In this document: positions 1-13,600 of the stretch, piece after piece
Position numbering within the stretch: position 1 is the first letter of the stretch
How the letters are laid out: every line of letters starts with the position of its first letter
Assembly (NCBI RefSeq): GCF_033153115.1
Contig: NW_026889779.1
Location: 23,126,001 to 23,190,000, forward strand
DNA: 64,000 nt
DNA from: Saccostrea echinata
Lineage: Eukaryota
Direction of reading: 5' to 3'
Notes under the pieces: model-generated
Databases searched by the model: none
Told to the model about the DNA's origin: nothing
Seen by the model: the letters and a program-made list of their open reading frames with translations, nothing else
Translations under genes and position numbers: made by a program

Positions 1-132
1 CACCAAAGGATGCTTTGTGGCAAATTTGTTTGAAATGGGCCCAGTGGTCTTAAGAAGTAAACAATGGACAGATGCCAGCCAAAATGTGATCAGAAAAGCT
101 CATATGAGCTTTCTGCTAAGGTGAGCTAAAAA
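1..132 (+). mobile_element. 3' end of a non-autonomous Helentron-type (HINE/pearl-like) element
   Basis: Near-identical to the 3' end of the element at 14377-16462 (caccaaaggatgctttgtggcaaa...ggcccagtggt...gatcagaaaagctca...ggtgagctaaaaa). Truncated by the window start and the gap at 135-270. Confidence 0.75.
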
Positions 133-134
133 CT

Positions 135-270
135 NNNNNNNNNNNNNNNNNNNNNNNNNNNNNNNNNNNNNNNNNNNNNNNNNNNNNNNNNNNNNNNNNN
201 NNNNNNNNNNNNNNNNNNNNNNNNNNNNNNNNNNNNNNNNNNNNNNNNNNNNNNNNNNNNNNNNNNNNNN
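135..270. other. Assembly gap (N run)
   Basis: Run of n characters. Confidence 1.
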
Positions 271-620
271 AATAATTTATTATTGAAATTAAAATATCAT
301 TGCACAAAACCATATAAATCTGAGGCCTCATGTATACATGCATTTATTTGTGAAAATCTCTTGCATTGCCTTTGGGTACAATAAAGCATGTGTGGAAGAC
401 AGTAACCCTGGGATAAACTGAATTCTGCTTGGATTTGTTTCTAACAGTAACAAAATCAGCTATACATGTATATACCAACTAAATCAGAGAGAGATTATCA
501 CAAAGACATTCATGTACATGTTAAAGTCTCTATTAGTAACAAAAATATAGGAAAAAAATAATAGCACCAAGATTGTAGTAGAAGCATAGAAAGCATCAGA
601 CTTCATGATATTACAGATTC

Positions 621-792
621 TGTGTCAAATCTATGCAACTTGTGGTAACTTGTGTATCAAACCTTTGCAAATACATTTGGTAACTTGTGTGTCAAACCTT
701 TGCAAATACATTTGGTAACTTGTGTGTCAAATCTTTGCATACACATATGGTAACTTGTCAAACTTTTGCAAAATACATTTGGTAACTTGTGT
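621..792. repeat. 35-bp minisatellite, ~5 copies, in the probable TMCO4 3' UTR
   Basis: Unit ggtaacttgtgtgtcaaacctttgcaaatacattt, with GGTAAC recurring at ~644, 679, 714, 749 and 781. Confidence 0.85.
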
Positions 793-1687
793 TGCTATGA
801 GATAATAAAACTCTATAGCTGTTCATAAATGATATCTCTATTTTCTTTCTTGAACTATAAAGGCTTTAGAAAGCATAACACAATGAGGTAATGGTAAAAA
901 ATATTGGGTTAATATGATTAAATTTGTGTATAAAAAATGGCACTAAAATCTCTGGATAGTGTTACAATAAATGGCACTTAACGATCAATAGCACTTGATG
1001 TGTACAAGCGATGAAGAAAAATAATTGAAACCCATACCTGGTTCAAACTATAGATCTACAGCATACAAGACAAGTACGTGTGCTTTAAAGGGTAAACCAC
1101 CCCAGGCCGTACATGGACAGGACAATTGATATGAGATTGACATTAAATTCTGCTGTACATGTAGATCTACTTTCTTTAAAAAAGAAATTATGATTATGAG
1201 GATATCTAAATCCTCCTTAAAAGAACCATAATTTTTGTGACATATCAAAATTAAAACATTTACCCATTTCAAAAATAACCTATAAGTTAACTGATACATT
1301 AACAAAGGAATACATAATTAGATCTGCATGATGTATAACATAAAAATTGCTTATTTGATTAATTCGTTGAGATACTTTCAATATTCTGCTTGTCAGTCTT
1401 TTTATTATACATATAGCTGTAGAAAAAGTAACTGGGAGAATATGCTATACATCTATGACATTCAAGCCTTTCTAGCATACAAAGCCAATTGCAAACATTT
1501 TCAAAGTGGTAATTCTTAGGGAACTCCAAAGGATAAATCTGAATAATCTTCATCAAATGTAAAAAAATATAATGCAAATAAATTGAAAACAAGAAGTTTT
1601 ACCTGCCGATATCACTACTGCAGCATCAGTAGTATATTTTACAAGTGTAAACAATTAATCTGCATACAACTTAGTTATAAATCAGTT

Positions 1688-4600
1688 TTAGGTGTTGGTC
1701 CTCTCCCCCTCTGTGCTGTTAACAGACAGTTGTGAAGGTTTACTAGTGACAGGATCAGCACCATTATTATTGACTCCAGATTGACATGTCTCTGGTAAAT
1801 CAGTAACAGGAAGAGCTCTCTCTTTAGAACCCTGGCTTTCCACTTCTCCACTGCTTTCAATCGGTGGATGCTCCACCTTGTTTTCTTGATTCTTACTATT
1901 ACAGTTAACATCTCCTTTATCTGTTTTATTTCTATCACAGACTGAGTTGATATATTCCTCTGACTTGGTATTACTGCTGTTCTTTCTATCCGTCCCTGCT
2001 TGAGTTGCCGGTAGTGATCCATCAGAACTTAACTGGCTGTTGCTTTTATCACCCTCTACACCACCAGTACTGACTTCTTCTTGGGCCCCTTCACTTTTCT
2101 TCACTATCTCAGCCCCTTTGTATCCACTTCGATCCACCTCTTTTTTCTCTTCCTCTCCCTGGTCACTCTGGTTTTTGGTAGACTTTGAGTCTTTCCCACT
2201 GTGCCCCTTACTACTCTGTGGTCCCTCCTCTGTCTCCTCCTCACTACTAGTGAAGCTATCACAGCTTTCAGACTTGGGAAAGAGTTTATGGGGAGGTACT
2301 TTACCTCTCACCATAGCTTCCTTGGTTCTTATCCCTACAACCTTCAAAATAGTTGGCAGCTGCTTCATGTAGTCTCTGTGTCCAGATACCTAAATACATC
2401 AAAGAAAAAAAATGTATACCTTAAGTACCCATATACTGCTTTAACTGAAATACTTAACAAAATTGCTGAAAAGATTTAACTTCTGGCATCTGATTAACTA
2501 AACAACTTTCTGATGGGATTATTTATTTATACTTTAAACCAAATTCTCGATGCCTTTTGAAAAAAAAAGCAGACATTTGTACATATCCTTTCACTCAGCA
2601 TATAGATGAAAATGAAAACATGTAACTGAAATTGAGCAAAGAAATTTTTAATGTGTTATAAATGAACTGTAGTCAACAAATTTTTAAAATGGTATCATGT
2701 GTGAGTATTGTTCAGATTTCAGCGCTTAAAATTTATGTGTGACCTGACACTGGCACTTACTACATCACTTAGGTCTATGTTGTGCATGCGGCGATTATTC
2801 CACTTGACGGGTCCTAGACCTGCCACTGTTGTGAAGTGCACATTAGCAGTTCGGAACAGGAACTTTAGCAGCCAATCTCCCCTATATCACAAATTATTTT
2901 GAGTTACATTTGTACATCTGACAAACATGTCAATATAATGTATTTTTGGAATTCTGATACATATTTTTTATATTAATATAAAGAATATATAAGCAAATAG
3001 AAACATGTTTAACAATAACTGTACATTTATCTATACACTGAGTACACAGTATTTTGGAGGATTTACTTGGTGTATCCATTTATAATTCGGCCTGCTACAA
3101 CATGGCTCAGCTTCTCCCACTGCTTGACACTCCCAGAAACAGGTGCCCCCAGTAAAACTACATCCTCCACTATCCCCTCACAGCCTGGAAAAGATTTGTT
3201 TCTCTGACATTAATCAACTTGTACAGGACTTCCTGTCTTCATTGCTCCCAGATGCAGGAACCAAAAGAAAACTGTATCATATACAAAATAAACAAGGTCT
3301 GGTAATGAAGACAGTTTAATGTTCTCTGGAAGTAGACTTGACTGGTATTGTAAGGAAATTTACACTTACACTGCAAGGGATTTCATTAAATCTTTGCCAA
3401 ATTTACATACCTTTTCTCTTTACCATTTCCTCCAAACAAGAGAAGATGACTCTAGCACCAAGACTGTATCCAATCAAGGTGACAGGTCGATTTCCCTGTA
3501 CAAAAAGCGGACTCATTACAAAAATGTCCTTAGCATTCAGCTTATCAGTTCTGACTAGTAGTACAACAGTAATCCATATTTGTGCTTAATGTTGTAGAAG
3601 TTGTGCATGGCAATGTACTTTGAGAGCACTTTTACATCTTCACATTTAACATCAATATACTGTTAGCATATCATTTTTGAAGAAACAGATAATTCTCTGA
3701 AAGATGAACAGGGACACCCTATCTCCATTCCAGGACTAGATACTACTCTCCTGCTTGATCTTCATTACCTGCTGTCTGGTCAGTAGAGCCTCGGCTAATT
3801 CTTTCCCTGCATATGTTAGCATATCATAGCAGACTAGATTACCTGTGACTGGCCAGCAGTCCCTCGGTTAGTTCGTTCCCTGTAGATGTAAGCATATCAT
3901 AGCAGACTAAATTACCTGCTGTCTGGCCAGTAGTGCCTCAGCTAATTCTTTCCTTGTAGATGTTAGCATATCATAGCAGATTAGATTAACTGCTGACTGG
4001 CCACAATGCCTCAGCTAGTTCGTTCCCTGTTAGCATATCATAGCAGACTAAATTACCTGCTGTCTGGCCAGTAGTGCCTCAGCTAATTCTTTCCCTGTAG
4101 ATGTTAGCATATCATAGCAGATTAGATTAGCTGCTGACTGGCCAGTAGTGCCTCAGCTAGTTCTTTCCCAGAAGATGTTAGTAAATCATAGCAGACTAGA
4201 TTACCTGCTGTCTGGCCAGTAGTGCCTCAGCTAATTCTTTCCCAGTAGATGTCGCTCTCTGGATACACACGTTCCAGGGATTATCTAGAACATTGGCTGC
4301 AGACAACAGAGCAGAGGGCCAGGCTATGGCTGTCAGAAGACCTACAAAAATAAGCTGGAATTTAAATATTATCAATAAATATTATGCTTGCAACAAATCT
4401 TACTTTTATCGAAATTTTTGTATGCACACCATTTAACAAGTTAATACATGTACTTGTATGATTGATTAGCATCAATTATGTGTAATGTATCTCCAATTTT
4501 TAGTACATTCAATATCTATTTTTCATACAAAGTGTATTGAAAAAATGTTGAATTCACCATAACACAGACAAGGAGGTCAAAATTATTACAATGTCAACTT

Positions 4601-7600
4601 CAGAAATATTAAACATCATAGTCCAATGTCTTAAGTGAAAATCAAAATTCAGGCTCACAGTGAACAGTAACTGTTGCTCCCTCAATTTAGCTATAGATAT
4701 GGTGTGTATTGCTTTAAAAGTTCTATTCCATTCAAAGAGAATTTACCACGATATTGGAAATGCACAGAAACTTTCTTTGTAGCGTAGTCTTGGGGATCTG
4801 TGAATTTAACTTACTACAGGCTGGGTATATTCTTCATTGGGGATCCACAAAAACTTCACTGTATCCTTAAATTTGCAATATTCATGTTTGTACTAGCGGT
4901 AAACCAGTTTTACTGTTTATGTATTGAACGATAAATTTGGATGATCATTGTATTATATCTTGGACACAGTGCAATCATATTTTAAAAAGGCATTAACATG
5001 CTTATTGAATTTATAAGCATAGCTGTCAGTATTATGACATGATAAACGTAAAAAATTTTACAATTCAATGCTTTATTTTATTTCACCATTTATGTTATAT
5101 AATGAATACATATACCCTGTATAATAATTGTTTAGTGGAAAAGTTAGTCCTTAAAGTTTCCAGGTGAACTTTCACTCTATTGCTTTCAACAATCTTATTT
5201 ACCAGACACAATGGTGTACTTGTTTACCAGACACTATAGTGTACCTGTTTACCAGACACAATGGTGTACTTGTTTACCAGACACTATGGTGTACTTGTTT
5301 ACCAGACACTATGGTGTACTTGTTTACCAGACACAATGGTGTACTTGTTTACAAGACACTATGATATACTTGTTTACCAGAAACTATAGTGTACTTGTTT
5401 ACCAGATACTATGGTGTACTTGTTTACCAGACACTATGATATACTTGTTTACCAGACACAATGGTGTACTTGTTTACCAGATACTATGGTGTACTTGTTT
5501 ACCAGATACTATGGTGTACTTGTTTACCAGACACCATGGTGTACTTGTTTACCAGACACTATGGTGTACTTGTTTACCAGACACTATGGTGTACTTTTTT
5601 ACCAGACACTATGGTGTACTTGTTTACCAGACACTATGGTGTATTTGTTTACCAGACACTATGGTGTATTTGTTTACCAGATGCTATGGTGTACTTGTTT
5701 ACCAGACACTATGGTGTGTATACTTGTTTACCAGACACTATGATATACTTGTTTACCAGACACAATGGTGTACATTGTACTTGTTTACCAGACACTATGG
5801 TATTATTGTTTACTAGACACTATGGTGTACTTGTTTACCTGCCACTATGATATACTTGTTTACCAGACACAATGGTGTACTTGAGAGCCTCCTGTGTTGC
5901 CATGCCCATGGCTCCATTAAGGATATAATCGAAGGCTTCTCCCAGATCCATCAGGTACTTAGTCTCCCACCTCAGGCTGTACTGCTCACGGGACTCTGCC
6001 AGCGACTGCCACGGCATCTTAAAGTCTGAAATGGAGTGTTAATCCAAGTTCTTTATGTATCGATAGATATGTCTTACAATTCAAAAGATTGTTGAAGAAA
6101 AAGAATGAAATTCAATTTCTGAACTTTCCACATCTTGCCTTGTTTGTTTTGTTAATTGGCTAAGTTAATTTATTACACACTTAAAGATTGTTTGAAAGAG
6201 AAGATGCCACATCATTTTGTGAAAAATAGAATCTCTTTTTCAGTTTTTGATATTTTTACATCACATAGAAGACTAACCTGGCATTTCCTTGGACAACCAT
6301 CCTGTGACGGCAATGGTCACATGTAGCTGTTTTCCGTCCATCATTAATGGCTCAAACTTAAATTCCTCAACAGCCCCAAATCGCCTCTTCATTTTGTATC
6401 CTAAATAAGAGAATAATTCTGAATCCCTCTATCATTTCTACATATTTGTTGAAGGAAGATCCTTCTATATGTTTGATAAGCAATGACTCAACTAAGAGTT
6501 CAATTTTTTATGGAACACAAGATCTAGTTCATAGAATCCTACAACTGAACAGTCACATTTGCATTCTGGATTTATTGACTTTCACATATGTAAATTACAT
6601 AAACAAACTGTTTTATTCATAGCATTTTCTGCCCTAATTATTTTCCCCCTTTCCATCCTTGAAGCCAGAATACTGTATTTAATTCTCATCAGTAGTGCAC
6701 ACTTACCCCCTAGCCCTGCACCAGCCACCCCAAACAGAGACCCAATGATTGCCACGCCTGCTGTAGACCCTAGAGCGGCTGCCCCAGCACCCCCGATAAT
6801 CGCCCCAGCACCTGCTGCCACTAGAGGAGCTGCTAAGCCCCCTGTCAATCCTGGAAAATGAAACAACATGTGAACAGAACAGGAAAAATATCTAACCATG
6901 AAAATTAAATAAAGGAAGTATTATATTAAAAAATTTACAAAATACTTTGTTGCAAAATTATAAGACATTAATTTGTGCATTTTGAAATTACCATATTTGT
7001 CAATGGTCGAAAAAAATGTATAAAATTGGCCAAGATAACAATGAATAGGGCCGAGTATCGGTTGGGAATTTTATTGCAATATATTGCGATATTTTAAACT
7101 GTATTGCAATATGTATTGCAATATTTTTAATAACAGTTAAAATGCTCTTTTCTTATTTTATTAACCTTCATTTATAATCAGAGTGAATAAACATTTGTGT
7201 TATAAATACCTTATAGCAAAAAAAGACTTCAGTTTTGCATCAAAATACAACCCTTATTGTTTGGCATGATTAAAAGCATTTCTGGCATCTTAAATTTCAT
7301 ATTTTTTTTTTAGAAATCCCAAGCCCAAGCATTTTACTGACATACCGGTACTGGAAAAACATATCGCAATACGATATTTTTTGTTAATGAATCACAATAT
7401 ACCAGAATATTGATATTATTGTGCAGCCCTAACAATGAATCTTACATCTGACATATCTGATCATCCCTAATCTTTGTTTAAAGAGTGAGTACTAACCAAT
7501 CAGAGTTCCTCCTCCAACTGTTGCTAAACCAATCAGAGCTATTCTTTTTATCTTCTTGCGCTTATCTGTTTTGGCTTTCTCTTTTTCCTCTTCCCTGCAA

Positions 7601-10600
7601 CATTTACCAAATGATATGTTCATACTTTGAAGCAATATTTCCATCATGGAATATATTGTTACATTTTCAATAAAATTACATGTAAGTACTAATATTTTTA
7701 TGAGAAATGATCCACAATTTTGCATATTTTTGACAATATGATCAAAGTTAGAAATACTAATATGTAGATGTGCATTTAAAATCAACTTCCCCCATTTCCC
7801 TAAGATTTGAGGTTAAAAATTAGGCAATTTTTAGTATTGGTATAATTTAGGTAAAGAAAAAATATTTAATTTTTTTTATCCAAATAAATACAATGTGTAC
7901 CTAATTTTTTTTAAACCATACACTTTAAACATATGGACATAAACAAAAAAAGTTATATGATGATAAAGATTTATGAACATGTACATCCATTTTAATACTG
8001 ATGTACGACCTCAAAAATAATTTTGATATTGGGAAATGTTAGGACATTTACATGAATAAAATTCTAAAGGATACTGATTTCTAGAACAAACATGCTTAAT
8101 ATTTATATTTAATAAATCAATTAAAATGAAGATGCATAAAATATGAGAAATGATCTATTTAAAAAAATCTGAATGCTCAAGCTTTATACATTTTCATAAA
8201 AAAAATTAAACATATTACCCAAAGGTACAGTTGAATACAATTACACTATAGCAATATTTATAGATTTAGAATCTTATGTCTAAATGTAAAGAAGGATTGA
8301 AGCAATAAACAAATAAAGAAATAAATAAAAAGTGAATGAGAAGTGAACTATAGCTACATGTATAATCAATTGTGTGTATATTCAATACAACATTCACAAT
8401 ACCAGTACCTCCTTTTTCTGGTAAGCAGTTATGAAAGCAATTGTTGGAGAAATTATTACAATATATTGTTGTTTGGTTTGCAAGCTAGTATTCTAAATAG
8501 AAATATTCTTAATGTACATTCAGAAAAGTCTGTAATTGAAACTAAAGTATAAAGTTTTTTTTTAGTAAAAAGTTAGTAAACAGTTTAAATATAAATTTCC
8601 TAAGTTCAAAATCTAACTTCAATCCTACTCATGATGCTGAAATCATACATGTAAGTTTGTTTCTCTTTTGTCAGTCTTAAAGTTAGTTTTTGTGTCTGTC
8701 TAATAACAAAAATCTTTCTACTGACTCTGTATATTGTATGATTGTCTGTCTGTTGACAACTTCTGTTGTCTGATTATCAGTCTACTGACGAGATCTGTGT
8801 GTTGACAATCATGTCAGCATGGTTTCTGTCTAATGTCAACATATATTGTATGTGTGTTGACTATGTCAATCTTTACTGTGTGTCTGTTGACTATGTCAAT
8901 TTTTACCGTGTGTCTGTTGACTAGGTCAATCTATACTGTGTGTCTGTTGACTAGGTCAATCTATACTGTCTGTCTGTTGACTAGGTCATTCTATACTGTC
9001 TGTCTGTTGACTACGTCAGTCTTTACTGTCTTTCTATAATGTCTGTCTGTTTCATGTGTTTATCTCTACTGTCTGTCTGTTGACTGTGTTTGTCTATACA
9101 TCTGTCTGTTTACTGTCTTAGTCTATACTCAATATCTGTTGACCATGTCAGTCTATATAGTCTGTTGCCAAATTCAGTCTTAACTGTCTTTCTGTTGACT
9201 ATGTCAGTCTATACTGACTGTCTGTTGAGTGTGTCAGTCTATACTGTCTGTCTGTTGACTGTGTTAGTCAAAACTTTCTGTCTAATGACTATGTCTATCT
9301 TTACTGTCTGTTGTTGACTGTGTCTTTCTATATTGTCTGTCTGTTGACAGTGTCAGAGTATACTGTCTGTATATTGATTGTGTCTGTCAATACTTTCTGC
9401 CTATTGACTATGTCTCTGTCTGTTGCTAACTGTGTTGACTATGTCTCTCTATACTGTCTGTCTGTTGACTATGTCTGTATACTGTCTGTCTGTTGACTAT
9501 TTCTCTATACTGCCTTGTCTTTTGACTATGCCTGTATACTGTCTGTCTGTTGACTAAGTTTCTATACTGTCTGTCTGTTGAACATGTCTGTATACTGTCT
9601 TGTCTGTTGAACATGTCTGTAAACTGTCTGTCTGTTGACTATGTCTCTATACTGTCTGTCCATTGACTATGTCTGTATACTGTCTTGTCTGTTGACTATA
9701 TCTGTATACTGTCTGTCTGTTGACTATGTTTGTATACTGTCTTGTCTGATGACTATGTCTGTATACTGTCTTGTCTACTATCTGTCTGTTGACTACGCCT
9801 TTATGCTGTCTGTCTGTTGACTATGTCTCTATACTGTCATGTCTGTTGACTACGCCTTTATGCTGTCTGTCTGTTGACTATGTCTGTATACTGTCATGTC
9901 TGTTGACTACGCCTTTATGCTGTCTGTCTGTTGACTATGTCTGTATACTGTCATGTCTGTTGACTATGTCTGTATACTGTCTGTCTGTTGACTATGTCTG
10001 TATACTGTCTTGTTTGTTGACTATGTCTGTATACTGTCTGTCTGTTGACTATGTCTCTATACTGTCTGTACATTGACTATGTCTCTATACTATCTGTCTG
10101 TTGACTATGTCTCTATACTATCTGTCTGTTGACTACGCCTTTATGCTGTCTGTCTGTTGACTATGTCTCTATACTGTCATGTCTGTTGACTATGTCTCTT
10201 TACTGTCGGTCTGTTGACTATGTCTCTATAATGTCTTGTCTGTTAACCATGTCTCTATACTGTCTTGTCCGTTCACTTACTCCGACAGTTTATATTCCCG
10301 GGCCTCCAGTGAATCAGCTAACAAAGACTCAATATCCTCTACCTGGTCCCAGTTGATCCTTATTTGCCAGGCAATATATTTTATCAAAGTTCTCATCCGG
10401 GCATCATAATGACCTACAAATAAACAATTTATCACTCTTTACTTATCCTGAAACAGATACTACAACATACCAACACAAATGCCTATTTGTTATAGAGCAT
10501 ATCCCATATATTTTTTTTTTCAAACTGCCATCAGGGATGTGATTGTTCCCAAATCTTCTACAACATTGTGTACCAGAGAGATGACGTGACTGTAATAAGC

Positions 10601-13600
10601 ATATTCAATCAAACATTACTTTGAGATAAAGATGGACATTTACAACAGATTCAATATTTTTCAGTAATATCCTACTTATCTATTTCCTGGATTCAGAAAG
10701 CATTTCGATAGCTAAATCACTAATATTATAAAAGCTTTGCATTGGTGTCCATAAACATAACTGATAATTTGTGCATGTTACTCAAGACAACAAACACATT
10801 AATTATTACTTTCAACAATATCAATTTCATTATGTCAGACTGAAATAAGTTGCTGTTTAACAATTGCACAAATTATGATGATTACAAATTTAAATTGTTA
10901 TTAGAAGTTTTTTTTTTCAATGTTGAAATAATAAACCTGGAAAAATATAAATGCGATTAAAAATTAATTTATATCATTGATGTTATGAGCAGTTTTAAGA
11001 ATGAAAACTGTTTAGCTGTGAGGAGGCACATGTTATCATTAGGAGTATAACAACAGGCTGATATACCGCAATATATGAAAAAATTGTACCATATCACAGT
11101 ACAAAAACTATATAGCTGTGAAAATGATTTAGAACATTTTAAGCATTTTATTCTATTTCTTTTCAATTAAACCTTCATTTAAATGACTTTCTTTATTCCC
11201 TTCTGCTGTTTTTATTGTGTTCAGGGCTCATTAAATGTTGCTTTATGTATTTCTGAACTGAAGAAATAATCCACAATTTTTATCTTTTCACATTGTGATA
11301 GAGAATTTCTCAACTCAAAACAGAGACACACAAATTATATAGAAAATTATGAAAGGTGAAATATTGTGATGTGTATCGATCGTGATACAGTTCCAGTGTA
11401 TCATGATATACCACGATTTGCCTTAGCCGTATTGTTACACTTATAATTAACACCTACAAATGAACAGTTTAATGCATGTTTTCTTAACGGTTAAAAACAA
11501 AAAGCTTAACTTGGATTGGATGTCCTTTCAAACATTACCATTAACTTTTGTAAGAAATGTTACATTTTGTTGTAAAAATTGACAGCCTGGGTGTGGAAAT
11601 CAAGTTTGGATTGTGAATCAAAACTTTACACCAAAATTTGGTTTACAGTGGTGGAAGGAAAGACAATTGTGGTTGTTTAATTGCCAAAGCCAATTTAAAA
11701 TCAGAACCTAGGTCTGTGCAAAGACATAAATCTTGTCCCAGTGAACAAGTGGAATTTCAAATTCAAATCTCATTCAAAATTTTATCCATCATAGCACACA
11801 GTGAACATATTTTGCATTAAGAATATTATGCATTAAATTTATAATTGAAAGAGCAAATTAAAACTTGAAAAGTAATTCTTATATACTTTCATAACAAAAT
11901 GTGAATCAAATAATTAAATAATGAAGACTTACAATTTGTGCCACTGTCCTCTTAAGTGGAAAGATTACAGTGAAAAATTACATTAAGTAACATAAATTAT
12001 ACCTTGCATAGTCTTGGTAAGAAGTTACTGATATTCTCTTTAAGATGAATTCAACGATGTGCTAATTCATGATACCGCTAATAAATCATTTATAAATACA
12101 ATATATGGCGCGATTGTGTGTAGCCCTAATTCATGAATACGCCAACAACTCAATACCCAGTGATTGCACAAAATTTTGAATACGCTAATTTATGTACACG
12201 TACAGTATTAACATACATGTAGTTCTGAATGCTTGGAAGCAAAATTCAAGTCCCAGAGACTTCTTTATAACCAAGTTGAACTATACTATTGTTTAAACAT
12301 TGGGATTATGATCTTTATGAGAAAAGCAGAGGAATGAAACAGATTTTTATGTACTTAAGTTTAATACATTGATCATGATTCTAACCATTACAGACAGCTA
12401 GTGTTACTAGATCAGTGATGACAGGAAGTCCATTCTTCTGTAGACATTCTTCCTCCAGGAGGGAATCAGCGAAAGCTCGTGGGTCATCACAGCAATTATC
12501 CTCCATCATCACCATGATCGACTCCGATGCCTGCTTAGACAGACATAGATGCTTCATGATCTGCTCTAGTGTCTTCTTCTTAAAAGAACTGAAAATTTAA
12601 ATTGCTATTATAATCATCAAAGCTTAGACACAAAATTCTAGATCTTTTATTAGATTCAATAATTCAGATATTTTGGGTACTTCACTTTGAAACAATTAAA
12701 AGAAAATCAAGTGAATTAAAGCATATTTTATTTATTACTGTACATTTGTTTTCAAAGAGCTAAGCTCACTTTATGCATAAAATGGCCCTGCCCTTATACC
12801 AATTACTGGTACCAGGTAATTGAATATCACCTTATCATGCTTATTTCCCATTTCAAACATCAGTATAAAGTAGAGACTTAGCTCTTTTATTTTCTATATC
12901 AAAAATTCCTTTCAGAGTTCAGGAATTGGAAAACAGGCTTTATAAAACAGCAGTCGTATTGAATTTAATTTGCAGAAAACAGATGTATTTGAGCATCTTC
13001 AGCAAAGAATTAAAATATGAGCACATGCATCCCTTGATCCAAAAAATAAAAAGATATTTCATAATCTTCTGAAACAGTTCTATCATTATATAATTTGCAT
13101 ACTTTGGATCAGGGGTTGTGCTTTATACAAAATATTGAAAATTCCCTTAAACTTTTGGCCATTTTTGAAGAAATTTTCAGGGTATGAGAATAATAACGCA
13201 ATTTATGACATCAAAATGTATCGACTAGCAAGAAAATTAAATCATTTTTAATAGATTGATGTGCAGTCTCCAAGAGTCCAAGTCATATTTAATGCAATGT
13301 CAACTAAAACTATATGAGTAGTTTTCAAATTAACAGAGCAAAAAAAAGGGGGGTCCTAAGTGAACCTTGCTCTTTGAAAAACTTCAGACAGTTTAATTTA
13401 GGAATGACTCTAATTATTGGCCAAATTATTGGAGTATAACCTGGTTTGGGTCGGTTTACACTTTATAATCCATGAAGCAGATTATAAAACAGCGTAAACT
13501 GACCCAAACCAGGTTATACTCCAATAATTTGGCCAAGAATTAGAGTCATTCCTTATAATTTAATTTTAAAATCATTAAATAACTATGGGTGTAAAATTTC

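Noticed and set aside
2040-2479. Plus-strand ORFs of 110 and 92 aa
   Set aside because: Antisense shadows of the TMCO4 last exon.
5164-5850. Overlapping ORFs of up to 201 aa (MVYLFTRH… repeats)
   Set aside because: Translations of the 25-bp minisatellite, antisense to a TMCO4 intron. No evidence of a protein.
5195-5882. CRISPR-like regular short repeats
   Set aside because: Units are head-to-tail with no unique spacers, there are no cas genes, and the context is a eukaryotic intron.
8833-10356. Cys/Leu/Val-rich short ORFs
   Set aside because: Products of the ~28-bp minisatellite.
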